Positions 26,470 through 39,408 of a stretch of 64,000 nt of DNA are shown piece by piece. Location of the stretch: positions 19,406,001 through 19,470,000 of the forward strand of contig CDPCPM010000056.1 in NCBI GenBank assembly GCA_976551045.1, written 5' to 3'. Numbering within the stretch: position 1 is the stretch's first letter; each line of letters begins with the position of its first letter. The notes beneath the pieces were generated by a model. That model was not told where the DNA came from. It searched no databases and was given only the letters and a program-made list of their open reading frames with translations. Position numbers and translations under genes: made by a program. The stretch comes from Glaucostegus cemiculus (taxonomy: Eukaryota).

Positions 26470-26640
26470 CTGAAAACACTCAGCTGGTCAGGCAGCATCT
26501 GTAGGAAGAGAAACTGAGTCAACATTGCAGGTTGAAGGCCTTTCATCAGAACTCTGTTTCTCTTTCCACAAATGCTGCCTGAACTGCTGAGTGTGTCCAC
26601 CATTTTCTGTTTTGATTTCAGATTTCCAGCACCTGCAATT
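26470..26640. mobile_element. fold-back element derived from Penelope-like terminal repeats
   Basis: inverted arms ~26476-26514 and ~26556-26594, same family as 707-843. Confidence 0.7.
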
Positions 26641-27084
26641 TTTTTGATTTTATATCGATGGGAGATTTATTTCTGCACTTTTAACCTTTAGATAAATGTT
26701 GGCCCTCAGCAATTCCAGCACTTGACCTCACGTGCTCGGAGTGAGATGGGAATTTTCATGACAGCCTCAGCACACAAATATTTGAGTGTAAAAGAATTCC
26801 ATTTACTCAATTGTTTTTGACCATTACTGCTCGGGTATATTTTCATTCTTGAGCACACCATTGTTCATCAGGTGGTTTCCTTACTCATCTGGGGAGCTAA
26901 ATTTTGGGACCAGATGTACTTTTATTCCCAAATTACTTCTTGATCGTAGGTTTTGATAGAATGAAATTATCTTTTACAATGATATACCCAATTCCAGTGG
27001 GTATGGTTCCCTGAAACAAACCTGCCCAAGTATTGACAGTTCTATGTAAAGTTGTCTCTTCTGGCTGGTTCATCCAGTGCCTGA

Positions 27085-27390
27085 AGTGATAGTAAGACGT
27101 GGACAGGCGGTGACATAGGTTTAAGGTGCTGGGGGGAAGATATAGGGGAGGTGTTAGAGGTAAGTTTTTTACTCAGAGAGTGGTGAGTGTGTGGAATGGG
27201 CTGCCGGAGATGGTGGTGTAGACAGATACGTTAGGGTTTTTCAAGAGACTGTTGGATAGGTACATGGAGGTAAATAAGATAGAAGGCTATGGGTAAGCCT
27301 AATAGTGTAGGGACATGTTCAGCACAGCTTTGTGGGCCGAATGGCCTGAATTGTGCTGTCGGTATCTATGTTCTATGTTCTATGTTCTAT
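27085..27390 (+). mobile_element. CR1 LINE 3' end with (TCTATGT)n tail
   Basis: tttttactcagagagtggtgagtgtgtggaatgggctgcc (FTQRVVSVWNGLP); tail tctatgttctatgttctatgttctat. Confidence 0.88.
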
Positions 27391-27590
27391 CCAGGGACTG
27401 GGGCCTCTCAAACCTATACAAAGTAACTTGATAGTAAAGGCTCCAGTAACCTGCTCACTGGTTTTCAGAGAACCATCGACGTTCCTGTTCTCAAAGAACC
27501 ATACTGGAGAGTAGAACCTACATTTGGGTGAATTTAAAGGTCACAGTGATGCTACTAAATAAAATAATTGAATATTTTGTATTGTTACAG

Positions 27591-27712
27591 GCTCCTAATA
27601 TTCCCACTGAATTAACTGGAGGTTGCCATGGATTCTCAAAGAAGTTTATGCATTGGCAAGAGGAGCTGATTTTGGGTGGTGTAAAGAAAAATTCCCAGAA
27701 CATATTGCTGAG
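27591..27712 (+). CDS. ptch2: ptch2 exon ~7 (122 nt)
   Basis: ttacag|GCTCCT...GCTGAG|gtaagg; [40 protein letters not shown]. Confidence 0.95.
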
Positions 27713-27924
27713 GTAAGGCAAGAGGAAGAAGAAAAGTTAAAGGGTGTTGTGGGGGGGGGTTGAGTGTAGAACTGGGCCTAAGTGTCAGAATTAAAAAGAA
27801 GTTTGACTACCTAAAGTCTTGAGACTTCAGTTTGAGTCCACTCCAGAGTGTTTAGATGAAAATCTCTTTTCTCTCTTAAGAGGCTAATGTAATGGGATGT
27901 CACAAAGCAGATTAAGCAAAATTA

Positions 27925-28545
27925 GGTTGATGGAGCTGAGAAGGGAGGGGTAAGGATAGAGACAGAGGCTGATAGGTGATAGGTGGAACTAGATAAGGGA
28001 GGGATGATGGGCAGATGGAAGCAGGTGGGAGATGGTGATGAGTATAGGTATGAGGGGGGAGGGAAGGAAAAGCTGAATAAAGGGAGAGAGACCCTGGGTA
28101 GACTGGTGGAGGTGGGAAGGGAACACAGGGAGTAGGTTATGTGAAATTGGAAAATTCAATATTCATATCATTGGGTTGTAGGCTACCCAAGTGGAATATG
28201 AGGTGTTCTTCTAATATGTGCTTGGCCTCACCATGGCAGTGAAGAAGGCTGAGGACAGGTCAATGTGGGAATGGGAAGGGAAGTTGAAGTGACATGCAAC
28301 TAGAAGCTCAAGATGGCCGTTGTGGACAGAGCGCAGGTGCCTTGCAAAATGGTTGCCTTTTCTATGTTTGGTCTCACCAATGTAGAGGAGGCCACATAGT
28401 GAGCACCAAATGCAATAGACCAGGTTGGAGGAGGTACACGTGAACCTCTGCCTCACCTGGAAGGGCTGCTTAGGTCCCTAGATGGTGGTGAGGGAGGAGG
28501 AGGTGTAGGAACAAGTGTGGTACCTCTTACGGCTGCAGGGGTACT
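27925..28545 (-). mobile_element. Penelope-like element fragment with GIY-YIG endonuclease remnant
   Basis: ORF 28211-28456: RQRFTCTSSNLVYCIWCSLCGLLYIGETKHR...HLRSVH...VACHFN, typical of PLE GIY-YIG; followed by a pyrimidine-rich 3' region. Confidence 0.88.
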
Positions 28546-30512
28546 GGGCCTGAAATTCCAGGAACCTTCACCCCACTACTGGATCTTATGCAGAAAGCAG
28601 AAATCCTAAGATGTAAAGCTGTGGAAATGTGTCATTTCAATGGTTGGGTCAAGATTCTGGTGCAGTAGTATCCATTTATGTTTGTAGGTTTCTTTGAGAT
28701 CTCCCAGGATTCCTGGGCTGAAGGAAGGGAGGTCCTTTTAAAAATACCTTCAGCTCCACTGGGGACCTTTCTCAGTTGAGCATCTCCATTGGTAGAACAT
28801 TTATTGATCTTCTCTAGGAATAAGAAAGGTTATTCATTTTCTCTGGCATTGTCAAGTGTTACAGATACCCTCTGGAATTGAGAAGGAGTATTGATCACTC
28901 CCCTTTGTGACTGAGAAAGATTATTGATCATCTCTGCCATTAATTTGGATGAGCAATGGATCTCATAACTGTAGCCATAGCAATTCAACTGATTTACATT
29001 GTGATGTTCGGCCACTGAAATAATAATGCAAAATATTACCTCATAAATGTAAAATAGTGGATATACTCAGCAGGTCAGGTAGTATTTTGTGGAGGAACAC
29101 AATAAGTGCTTCAGGTCATTTGCTTTTTTATCAGCCTGAAACCCGAAAGTAGAAACAGAAAATGTTGGAATTTTTCAGCAGATCAGGCTGCATCTGTAGA
29201 GGGAGAGACATGGTAAAGTTTTGGGTTAGTGAACCCATGAGAAACCAATCACCTAAACATGTAAATGCACTTTGTCAAAAAGGCTGCCTGTCCCACCCAC
29301 TATTCGCAGTAAATCCCATTATTATTTCACCTATGTTCTAAGTGTGCTCAGCATTTTAACTTGTTTAACTTCACACAGAAATATTTCAGAGGGTGGCAAG
29401 AACATTAACATAATATTAAAACAACACACTATAGTTAAAGAAAAATCTAGCCTCAGTGATATTCTCAGTTTAAGTACTCCGTTTTTAAGGTAATGCAAAT
29501 TATATTTGTCCAATATATTGCATAGTTTCCATTATTGATTAATGGAAGCATATTTTTTTAATAGAGAAGAGGGAAAGGAACAGGTGGCTTTAGTTGTGTG
29601 GTAACATAGAATGCGTCGGTGGTGGTCGTTTACCGATTTGCAGCTGCTGTTACAATCATGAGAGTTTCCTCCTTTCCCGGACTAATCAAGTCCTTTTCAG
29701 GGTTACTATTTTGCACCTTCCAGCAAAGGCAGTGCTGAAAGTTGGCAGCTGATCTCCCTGCCTGTCTCCATGTCATTCCCGGGAAGCTGTGTGTGGCTCT
29801 TGAAAGACAGAAACCAAAAGAGAGGAGAAAATAACACAGATCATTTCAAATTATAAAAAGGAAACAGTTTAAATCGTGTAAAAATGAATGGAATGTTATA
29901 CAATCCCAGTATTTCTGTGCCTTTTTTTTCTATTTAAAATCAATGTAAAATGAGTGGGATTACAACAGAGTTGGTGCTTTGCCCAGAACATGACCTGGGA
30001 AATCTCCATGGATGTGGTGCAATCCCTTTAAACAGACCATGAAAGACTTGGAAACATTACTTTGTGATATGATTTATGATATCCGAGTTTTGCTCTTTGA
30101 GCTCTGATTGTCAGGGTGCCAACCAGCAGGCTGCCCAGTAGCTGAAAGCACAGACTGAATTTGCACCTGTGACTCCACTCGTGTGAAATCTCCGTGATGA
30201 AGTGCCATAAAATTATGGCGGCGTTAAGGTGTTGGAAGGAGTCTTAACTGGTCTGACAAACATAGTGCCGAAGGCAGTGATAGGTCACCTGACCCAGGTC
30301 TAAAATTTCAGGCTAAGAACACGAGATTCTGACTGAATGACATGTGGACCATTGAAAACAGACACAAGCAGAAAGCTTTCCGCAAAGAAGAAATTACAAT
30401 TACATTCAGTTCTCAGTCTGAAGAAGGTGTTCTTTAACTCTTTCTAGAGCAGATACCACAAGCTCCCCTAAATATTTTTCTAATCCTACACAAATCAGAG
30501 TCTCTACAAGTC

Positions 30513-31325
30513 TCATAGAACAGTACAGTACAGCACAGCGACAGCCCCTTCGGCCCATGATGTCTGTGCCAAACACGATGCCAAATTAAATGAAATCTCT
30601 TCTGCTTGCACATAAAATTGGTGAATTGGTTTATTATTGTCACATATACTGAGATACAGTGGAAAAACTTTGTTTTGCACGCCATCCATACAGATCATTT
30701 CATCACATCAGTACATCGGGGTAGTACAAGGGAAAAGCAATAACAGAATGCAGAATATAGTGTTACAATTATAGAGGAAGTGCAGTGCAGGCAGACAATA
30801 AGGTGCAAGGCCATGACAAATGATCCATATCCCTCCATTCCCTGTATATCCATGTGTCTATCTAAAAGTCTTAATCATTATTAGTGTATCTGCTTCCACC
30901 CCTACTCCTGGCAGCCCGTTCCGGGCACTACCACTCACTGTGTAAAACAGAAGAAAAACCTGCCCCTCTCTCACCTTAAATGCATGTCCTCTAGTTTTGC
31001 CATTTCTACCCTGGGAAATAATGTCTACCCTATCTATGCCTCATATAATTTTATAAACTTCCATCAGGTTTCCCCTCAGCCTCTGACTCTCCAGAGAAAA
31101 CAACTGAGTTTGGCCAACTTCTCCTTATAGTTCATATCCTCTAATCCAGGCAGCATTCTGATAAACCTCTTCTGTCCCCTTTCCAAAGCTTCCACATTAT
31201 TCCTGTAATGGGGATGGCTGGAATTGTGCACAATACTCCAAGTGTGGCCAAATCAAAGTTTTTGTACAGCGGCAACATGACTTCCTTACTCTTATACTCA
31301 ATGCCCCCACCAAAGAAGTCAAGTG
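30513..31325 (-). mobile_element. CR1 LINE 3' fragment, interrupted by a nested insertion
   Basis: reverse strand GIEYKSKEVMLPLYK... (frameshifted ORF2 C-terminus) and CR1-type 3' UTR ending ctgtactgttctatg. Confidence 0.88.
30615..30819 (-). mobile_element. non-LTR 3' element nested within the CR1
   Basis: ggtttattattgtcacatatactgagatacagtggaaaaac is the reverse complement of the tail at 330-380. Confidence 0.7.
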
Positions 31326-32557
31326 TGACATACACCTTTAGTCTCTTTTTCTTTCCTTTTTTTTCCTTGCTGATTTTACACCTCTTCACTCCTTGCTGGA
31401 GTGGGGCTTGGGACACAGATACCCTTCATTAGCTCCTCCCAGTGGCCATTATTTACATGTTAGCCCTGGAAATGAACATCATCAGCCACCTAGGCGAATA
31501 TGGAGCTAATGTAGCAGTTGGGAACTGGCAATGTTTAGTCTCCCAACAGTATCCATCCTCCTCACCTCATTATTGATGGGGTTTGTCATAGACCTGCATC
31601 ACCCATGAGGAAATTAGAGAAATGACTCTGCCCATAACTCTTGTACTGATTGCATCAAGTCACTGGGCCATTTGCAGTGTTTCACATCTGGCCTTCAATA
31701 ACAAACACCATTTAATTGAAAGTGTGCATTAACGTTCCCTCTCTTGTGTTCATCGACTTTAATGTATACTTCTAAATAGCCCTCCAAAATACAGGCACAG
31801 ACACAAATGGCTGAATATCTTCCTTCAGAGTCACAGGTTTTCAATGATCTTATGATAATTAGCTGAGCAACAAAACTTGTACATGTCATTCGACTCATTG
31901 ACAGGCATCACAGCTAAGCCCGATTTTTAAAAAAAGAGAATGACGGAGTCACTCAGACTGACAAGTCTTCAACCTGATGCGTTGGCTGTGTTTTTGTTTC
32001 GTGCGGATGCTGCTTGGCCTGCTGGGTGTTTCCAGCATTTTCTGCTTATTTCAGAGCTCCAGCACGATTTTGTTTACAGACGAGCCCTTCCCTCCCCTTC
32101 TCTGATAGCCACAATTGCATACTTCTTGCATGGGGCAACACTAGCAACCCTGGTTGATTTCTCCCCTTTGTAAGGAGCACTGAGGCCAGCTCAGGATGCC
32201 ACATAGTTCAATAAGTGGCATTAACATCACATGTAGGAGTTCCAATGTACAGTGAAATCCCATCACTGATCTGTTCTTACCAAATGCAATGAAGCCCTTA
32301 GGTTTTCAGTTTATTCTGACTTTGAAATAAAAACATTTTTATTAATTGAGTAACAATATGCACTTACTCAACTGATAAAGCCATGATTTTAAACATTCCC
32401 AATATTCAGACACCTTCCCTCATTAAAATCTAAAATTGCTCTGCAGAAATACTCAACTGACAGGTAAAGAGCTTTGTAGCCTCTTATGAAAAGGGACTAT
32501 AAAAATTCAAGTGCTCCTTTTATAAATCAGTTAAATATGTTTTCTTCCTCACTCAAG

Positions 32558-32705
32558 TGCTGAAGCTCTACAGACCATGTATCTGCTGATGAGCCCCAAA
32601 CAACTTTATGAACATTACAAGGACGATTATGAAATCCATGATATCAATTGGAACCTGGAGAAGGCAACAGCAATTTTGGAAAATTGGCAGCGGAAGTTTG
32701 TTGAG
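32558..32705 (+). CDS. ptch2: ptch2 exon ~8 (148 nt)
   Basis: ctcaag|TGCTGAA...GTTGAG|gtaccg; [49 protein letters not shown] (hand translation). Confidence 0.92.
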
Positions 32706-35700
32706 GTACCGATAAATGCCATCTTTCCTGTTCCTTTTGTTTTGCATGAACATTAAGTGGAATTGATGCTACTTAGTAGAGGGAAATGGAACATGAATTG
32801 GTTCTGCAAGTAAGGAACTTATCTGCTTGGCAGGAAAAGTGAAATGGTTCAACAGGTGAGCTCATTGTCAGTGATAAAGCATGGAACTGTAGCTGCTGGT
32901 TTGCTGACAGTTGGCTCGGTGTAACTGATTGATCATTAATCCACACCACCCAGCACATGAATGGGTAATTATAGTACCAATGGATTGGTTACTGCCCTTA
33001 ACTGGCTTTAGATTGTTAACTGCAAAAGATGCTAAAGATTAACCCCTTGAACATCATTTCACAGCACCTTTGAAACCCTGCTTCACTTAGAATGTCAGTT
33101 TTATGTCGAGCAATGAAAGGAATGCAAATAAAACCCGTGATTTCAGTTTTTGAATAGTAAATGCCGAACCTATCATTAGTGGGGTTTCTGAGCTGTTATT
33201 TGATAAGCTTTTTAAAGTGCCAGTGATGACAAAGAAGCATAAAGCACATGATAGATCATAGATTGATAGTACACCTCAGGGACTGGTGTCTTGAGGTGTT
33301 GCTCGATCAGTCACATAGATCATCTTGGATACTGGTCAAACCAATCGATATAATAAGGAACCAAAGTAATCAATACTTGATTCTATAATTTAATCTTATA
33401 TTTTACATGATATCCATTAGGTAATCAAGCATTACTCTTGTGGTTTTTGGTGATATATGGACCCTCTAGACTAAATTATAAATGGCTATTACCACCAATC
33501 CATTGTTCTGTATGTCATTGACTCAGGATGGTTAAGTAGATAACAGAAATATAGCGGATATACCAAAAAAAAACAGAATTAGCTTTTTAAAGAAATTAGC
33601 TTTTTAAAGAAAATTTTTAAAATTATATATAATTTTAAAGAAATTATATATAAAAAAACTTGAATATTGCAGATATAGGTATTACGAAGATGTTTGCTGA
33701 GGTGACAAATCAAGAGACAGTGGAGACGGAGTAAATATGGTAGAATGGAGAAAAGTAGCAGGAGGATCAAAAGAACTGCTGTAGATTGATGTGCTGCAGG
33801 TGATGGTGTGTCTTTTGGATCTATGCTGGAAGGATTTTTGTTTTCCAGTAAAATAACTGACTTGCACACACTGAAGAACCAGAGTGAAGTTTGACAAAAG
33901 GAACCTTATTTGAAGACTTGGCAGACAGTAGAGACGTTGCACAGGGACAAAGGGGGATAGTGCAGCGAAATATGAGGTGGAGTAATTTGGGAAAGGGCAG
34001 TGAGATGCAAGTTCATATCAAATATTGAAATCCATAGCAAGCTGGGTGGAGAGAGAATCTAGGGGTCTTCCCTTAAGTGGCAGAAAACTATTTAGAGATC
34101 CACAGTGAAATTTAGACTAGAATCAGGGTGATGAGGGCAAATGCGTGCACGTGTGCACGCGCGCACAAACATACACACACACAGATCATCTCAGCCATGT
34201 ACCACAAGGCTGCTAGATCCATATTCGGTTACAAGTCAGTGTGTTTAAATGGAAATTCTCCAAAAAATGAGAAAATGAAAGAAATTGTAAGTGGTAGTTG
34301 GATGAATGCCAGACAGAGGTTTAAACTACATTGAACAAACAAGTCCTTAGCAAAATATGGATCTTTTTGAGGTTATACTTAATGCCTGGGCTTTTATCAA
34401 CATAAAAGGAGACATACTGGAAGCCATGTCAATTTATATCAGAGACACATCAGATCACCAGGGGTTAACCTTAATCATTACTTAGTTTGTGCTCAGCACA
34501 CTTAGGAAAATAAGTGTTTCTACTGAGTGTACAAGATTGTGTAAGCAGTTTGGTTCAGTTTATTAAATGCCTCCTAGTAACTTTAGGGTTTTATTTCTAT
34601 GGGAAAATACTTTAAGGATTTTTTATATAAAGAAAACAAACACACTTTTCTCTTTATTTTCAATTGGATTCATTCCAGTGTGTGAGGGAGAATTGTTTCT
34701 GTAAATGCTGGAATTACTCATCAGGCTGATTTCCATCAGTCTGCAGCTGTATTGTACAAGGAGTCAGATTCTGGGCTTCTGACAGATGGAGAGTTATGGG
34801 AACAAGCTGTTTGGTGATAACTGACACCCAGATGCTGATTGCAAGAAGACCTGGGGCCTATGAAAAGCCTGCCTGGAAAGGGAATTGGGTTGTGTTGGGG
34901 TGAATAACAAATGTGGAAGATGTTTCATTGATTCCCAAGGTTGCAGTCCCTTTGGCTGTGGCAGCTTAGGTGGTGAATGACGGGAACTTTGCTGTGCTCC
35001 AGAGGCCATGTGATCTCTCCTGACCTTTGACCATAATGATCTTTGGCATCTGCAGCCATTACTCTAACCTGTCAAGAATCACAAATAATGTATTTTTTAC
35101 ATGTTTAAAATGAGCAACCCCTAGAAAAAGAAAAGTCACCAAGAATTTGTATTTGGATAAACCCAGTCAGATAAACTGGAAAGCTTCAAGATGTACCTTG
35201 TATTGTTCTATGGTTTACTTTGACTCTTTTGACAAAATGCGAACCCAGAGGAAGCTCTGGGGTAATGTAGAATTCTCTGATATTTTTATTTAACTATTCT
35301 GGATTCATATTCAAATTGCCTGAAACTATTGAGGGCTTTTTTTTTGTAGAAATTGAAAATACGCATAGAGTTTTATAATTAATTAGCAGTCAGTCCTCTG
35401 TTCAATTGTTCTGCATTCTGTTCTCCTCTAAACCCGCTACAAATGTGTGTGTATCTTGTTTGGTGAAGAATTCAACTCCCGGGTGTATTATCCTCCTTCC
35501 ACCCCCGCCCACTCCCACTAGGACCTTACACCAAGCCACTGGAAGTGAGTTTTGCAGACTGGCCTGGGGAGGCCTCTCCTGTCAAGTTTTGGCCTCCCAC
35601 AACCCAGTGGATTGGACCAAGTAACCTGCTGTGGTACTCTAATGTTGTGAACCACCATGCCAGCCTTAATTGGGGCTATTTAACTGATGGAATTGTGAAT

Positions 35701-36249
35701 ATTTGTTCTCAACATTATCCAATATTGGGTTCTATTTTGTTAAAACATTCAAATAGCATATTTTAAAATATGAAATTACAAATGCAACAGAAGAGTGAAA
35801 CCGTGTTGACTTCAAGATCATATTCCTGACGAACTAGGTCAAGAACATTAATTCTTTAAAATGATTGTTGTTTGAGCATATGTTTTAGAGTCTGCCTCTT
35901 TTTCATAGTTTATTGTTATTAAACCAGGAGTCATCATTTGTACCCAAAAGAATAAATTCTAATTTCCTGTTACATTTTACTGGTGAATGTAATGCTCAGT
36001 GGGTTATTAAGCCATTTAGAGTAGTTCTGATCTATGGTTTGTTTGAGCCATCAGTGTCAGCCAAGATAATTAGTAAGGATGTCACAAAGGGGCTTTGGGT
36101 CCTTAGAACCCAAGTGAAAGAATATTGGCAGCCCTCTTCTCGGGGCAACACTGCTAGCTTTTGTCTTTAGTTATTCTCCACATACCAAGACCTTTCAACC
36201 TGAGGCTATAGCGGGAAACCTGTGTTAATTTTTTTTGTTGCCCCTTTTT

Positions 36250-36525
36250 GTAGCGGTTAGTGTAACGCTTTACAGTGCCAGTGACCCGGGTTAAATTCTG
36301 GCTAATGTCTATAAGTAGTTTGTACATTCTCCCCGTGTGTCTGCATGGGTTTTCTCTGGGTGCTCGGGTTTCCTCCCACATTCCAAAGATGTACAGGTTA
36401 GGAAGTTATGGGCATGCTATGTTGGCGCTGGAAGCATGGCAACACTTGTGGGCTGACCCCAGAACACTCTACCCAAAGGATGGATTTCATTGTGTGTTTC
36501 GAAGTACATGTGACTAATAAAGATA
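36250..36525 (+). mobile_element. V-SINE-type element (family of 11418-11715)
   Basis: gtagcggttagtgtaacgctttacagtgccagtgacccgggtt...gtgactaataaagat. Confidence 0.88.
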
Positions 36526-36810
36526 CTTTTTCTTCTCTTATCTAATTTGTAGCATATCAATTATTTCCCTGGTTTAGATCAACCAAGTCACCACAGGACA
36601 GAAACCAAATCCAAAACTGTTTGCTTCATCCAGATCAGTTACATACTTTTTACTAGGGAAGCCTTGCTGAGCAATTGCCACTTTAAACTTTAGAGGGATT
36701 TGCTGCACATTCAAATGCAGACCTTAAAATATGTGTTTCATACTTTTGAATGTACATTTCCAATGGGCCAGTAATAATGATGTTTTTGGTTATCTGTCTT
36801 CTTGTTGTAG

Positions 36811-36942
36811 GTGGCTCACCAAACTCTGCCTCAGAACTCCACACAAAATATCCACGCCTTTTCCACCACCACCCTCAACGACATAATGAAATCTTTCTCT
36901 GATGTCAGTGCCATCCGTGTTGCTGGAGGGTATTTGCTAATG
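36811..36942 (+). CDS. ptch2: ptch2 exon ~9 (132 nt)
   Basis: ttgtag|GTGGCT...CTAATG|gtgagc; [44 protein letters not shown]. Confidence 0.95.
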
Positions 36943-38188
36943 GTGAGCTTGTTTTTACCTTTGGATCTCTGTTTCATGTTAACATCAGTTTGGGCTGCCT
37001 CTTAAAGCCTTAAAAAACAGAAAGAAAAACACAGGAGCAGGAGATTAACCCTGGGAGTCTGTTCTAATACTTTGCAAGAGGATCACAGCTGACTTGTGAA
37101 ATCTATGGCACCAGGCATCAAATCTTGTGCTAGCTTATCTTTCAGTTCCGCAACCCATGTTGAAGTTCAGCTCAGACTGATGGTAGTAGTTGAGTTTGTG
37201 TATATGGGATGCCTTGCATAGCAGAAAGATGTTCTGAAAAAAATCCTCACGCCATCTGAACTATCAGATTTGTTACATGTTTTAAAAGCATTCTGGTCTT
37301 TATTTTCCCCACTTTAAAAATGTATATTTATAACTGTACACCATTCCTATCTCAGTTTTTCTGCAGACTGTTGCCTTTGTAATTATTATGGAACCTGGCT
37401 TTGAAGTTTGTCATGGTGTAATTACATTGTTCTGCCAGTGACAACACTATTGTGCCTCATTTTACCATCTTCAGGCCTCTAAGCTAGTGCTGCAGAGGAA
37501 ACACCGTGTGTATATTTGGTGTTTTAGTTCAATAATACTGTACAATTAAAGTGTTATGTAAAAATCTACTCTGGTGTTTTCTTACAAAATGGTGGATTGA
37601 ATTATACCTGTGGACACTGATCCAATGAGCCTCCTTGCGCTTATCTACATTTTTTATAGGTAGAAAGTGGGAAATTGGCCTCATTTTATTGTGTGTGTAT
37701 TTGTTCAGGCTCATAGGTATCATTTTAAAGCAAGAAATAAGTTGTATTAACTAACCACCTTCAGTCTGCTCAGTGATGTTACATGTGCATAAATGATAGT
37801 CTGTCTCCAAACTGCAAGGTACCACTAACAAATAAGTTAAATAATTAGTTCATCTGCTTAGGTGGTATTAGTTGAGAGATGGATGTTGGCCTTGTGTATG
37901 AGTGTCCATGTCCGCAGTTTAAGATATCATCCACTTAACCAACAGTGCAAGACTTCCATTGAATCCGAACACCTGTGACACTGAAAGCTAGAATTTGCAA
38001 TAGTGAAAGGTGTTTTATTAATGCAAGACATCCCAAGGAGCACCACAGCCAATGATGTGCTTTTGATGTTTAGTGCTGACCCTTAACTGAAACATAGGCA
38101 TCTGTTAAGTATTTTCAGTATTTTCAGTTTCTATTTCTGCTGTATTGTTGTATGTTGATGAGTCTTTTTTTTCTCTGACTCCCATTAG

Positions 38189-38386
<198 letters not shown>

Positions 38387-38525
38387 TGAATAGTTCTCAA
38401 CAGAATTTACTGGAATTGGGGCAGCGGAGAAAAATCAATGGCTTTTGTCTATGAATTCTGTGAAGAACAGATTTTAATTGTAATAGCAAATTTCAAATAT
38501 TAATCAATTCTTCTCTGGAATCTAG

Positions 38526-38624
38526 GTCTTACCATTTCTGGCCCTGGGTATTGGTGTGGATGACATGTTTCTCCTGGCTCATGCATTCACTGAGACAGGT
38601 CAAAATAAGAACATTCCTTTCAAG
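38526..38624 (+). CDS. ptch2: ptch2 exon ~11 (99 nt), TM4 GxxxDD motif
   Basis: ttctag|GTCTTA...TTCAAG|gtaagg; [33 protein letters not shown]. Confidence 0.96.
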
Positions 38625-39282
38625 GTAAGGTCCAATCTCTACATAAAACTAGAATACAATAACTACTCCCTTCCAATTATTATACTGGAATAATCAGAAC
38701 ATTACAAAGGAAGCTTTTCACAAACCTGATAGATGTCAACAAGTTTGAATTGGTTGAGAAATTAGGAATCCATAACATAATCTACTTATTATAGTCAATA
38801 GCTCCTTTTAAGCTACTCTTACAGAAATGTTAGCGCCATCGATTTTTGATGCATGCCTTTCCAGGCAATCTTAATGTAAAAATGCTGAGTTCACACAATG
38901 TGTGTTCCCATCAACAGTTTAAGCATAGAGAAATAAGATGGCTCACACTGGGCTTAGGGGTGGATTCAACAGCCAACATAAAAGCAGCAGAGCTTTCCTT
39001 TACAAACTGAAAATGCATAGTATAATTAGAAGTTGCAGGAGACAGCAACTCAGACAACAAAGGTGGAGAGAAAAGCAGAGTTAGCAATTCAGGTAGATAA
39101 GCTTTAAGCAGAAATTATGATTTAGTTAAGGTTGGAGCCAATTATAAAATAAAACTATGTTTGAGTTGATACACAATGATACCTTTTATTTGCCTTGCTC
39201 ACTTTTACCCACAAGTATAATTGATCTTTGTTATGTGAAACATTTCCATAGCTATTCACTGTATTTTGTTTTGGTACTAAAG

Positions 39283-39408
39283 GACAGAACAGGCGAGTGT
39301 TTGAGACGGACTGGGACAAGTGTCGCTCTCACATCCATTAATAACATGATTGCTTTCTCTATGGCTGCTCTGATTCCCATCCCTGCACTCCGTGCATTTT
39401 CCTTACAG
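39283..39408 (+). CDS. ptch2: ptch2 exon ~12 (126 nt)
   Basis: ctaaag|GACAGA...TTACAG|gtaggt; [42 protein letters not shown]. Confidence 0.94.
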
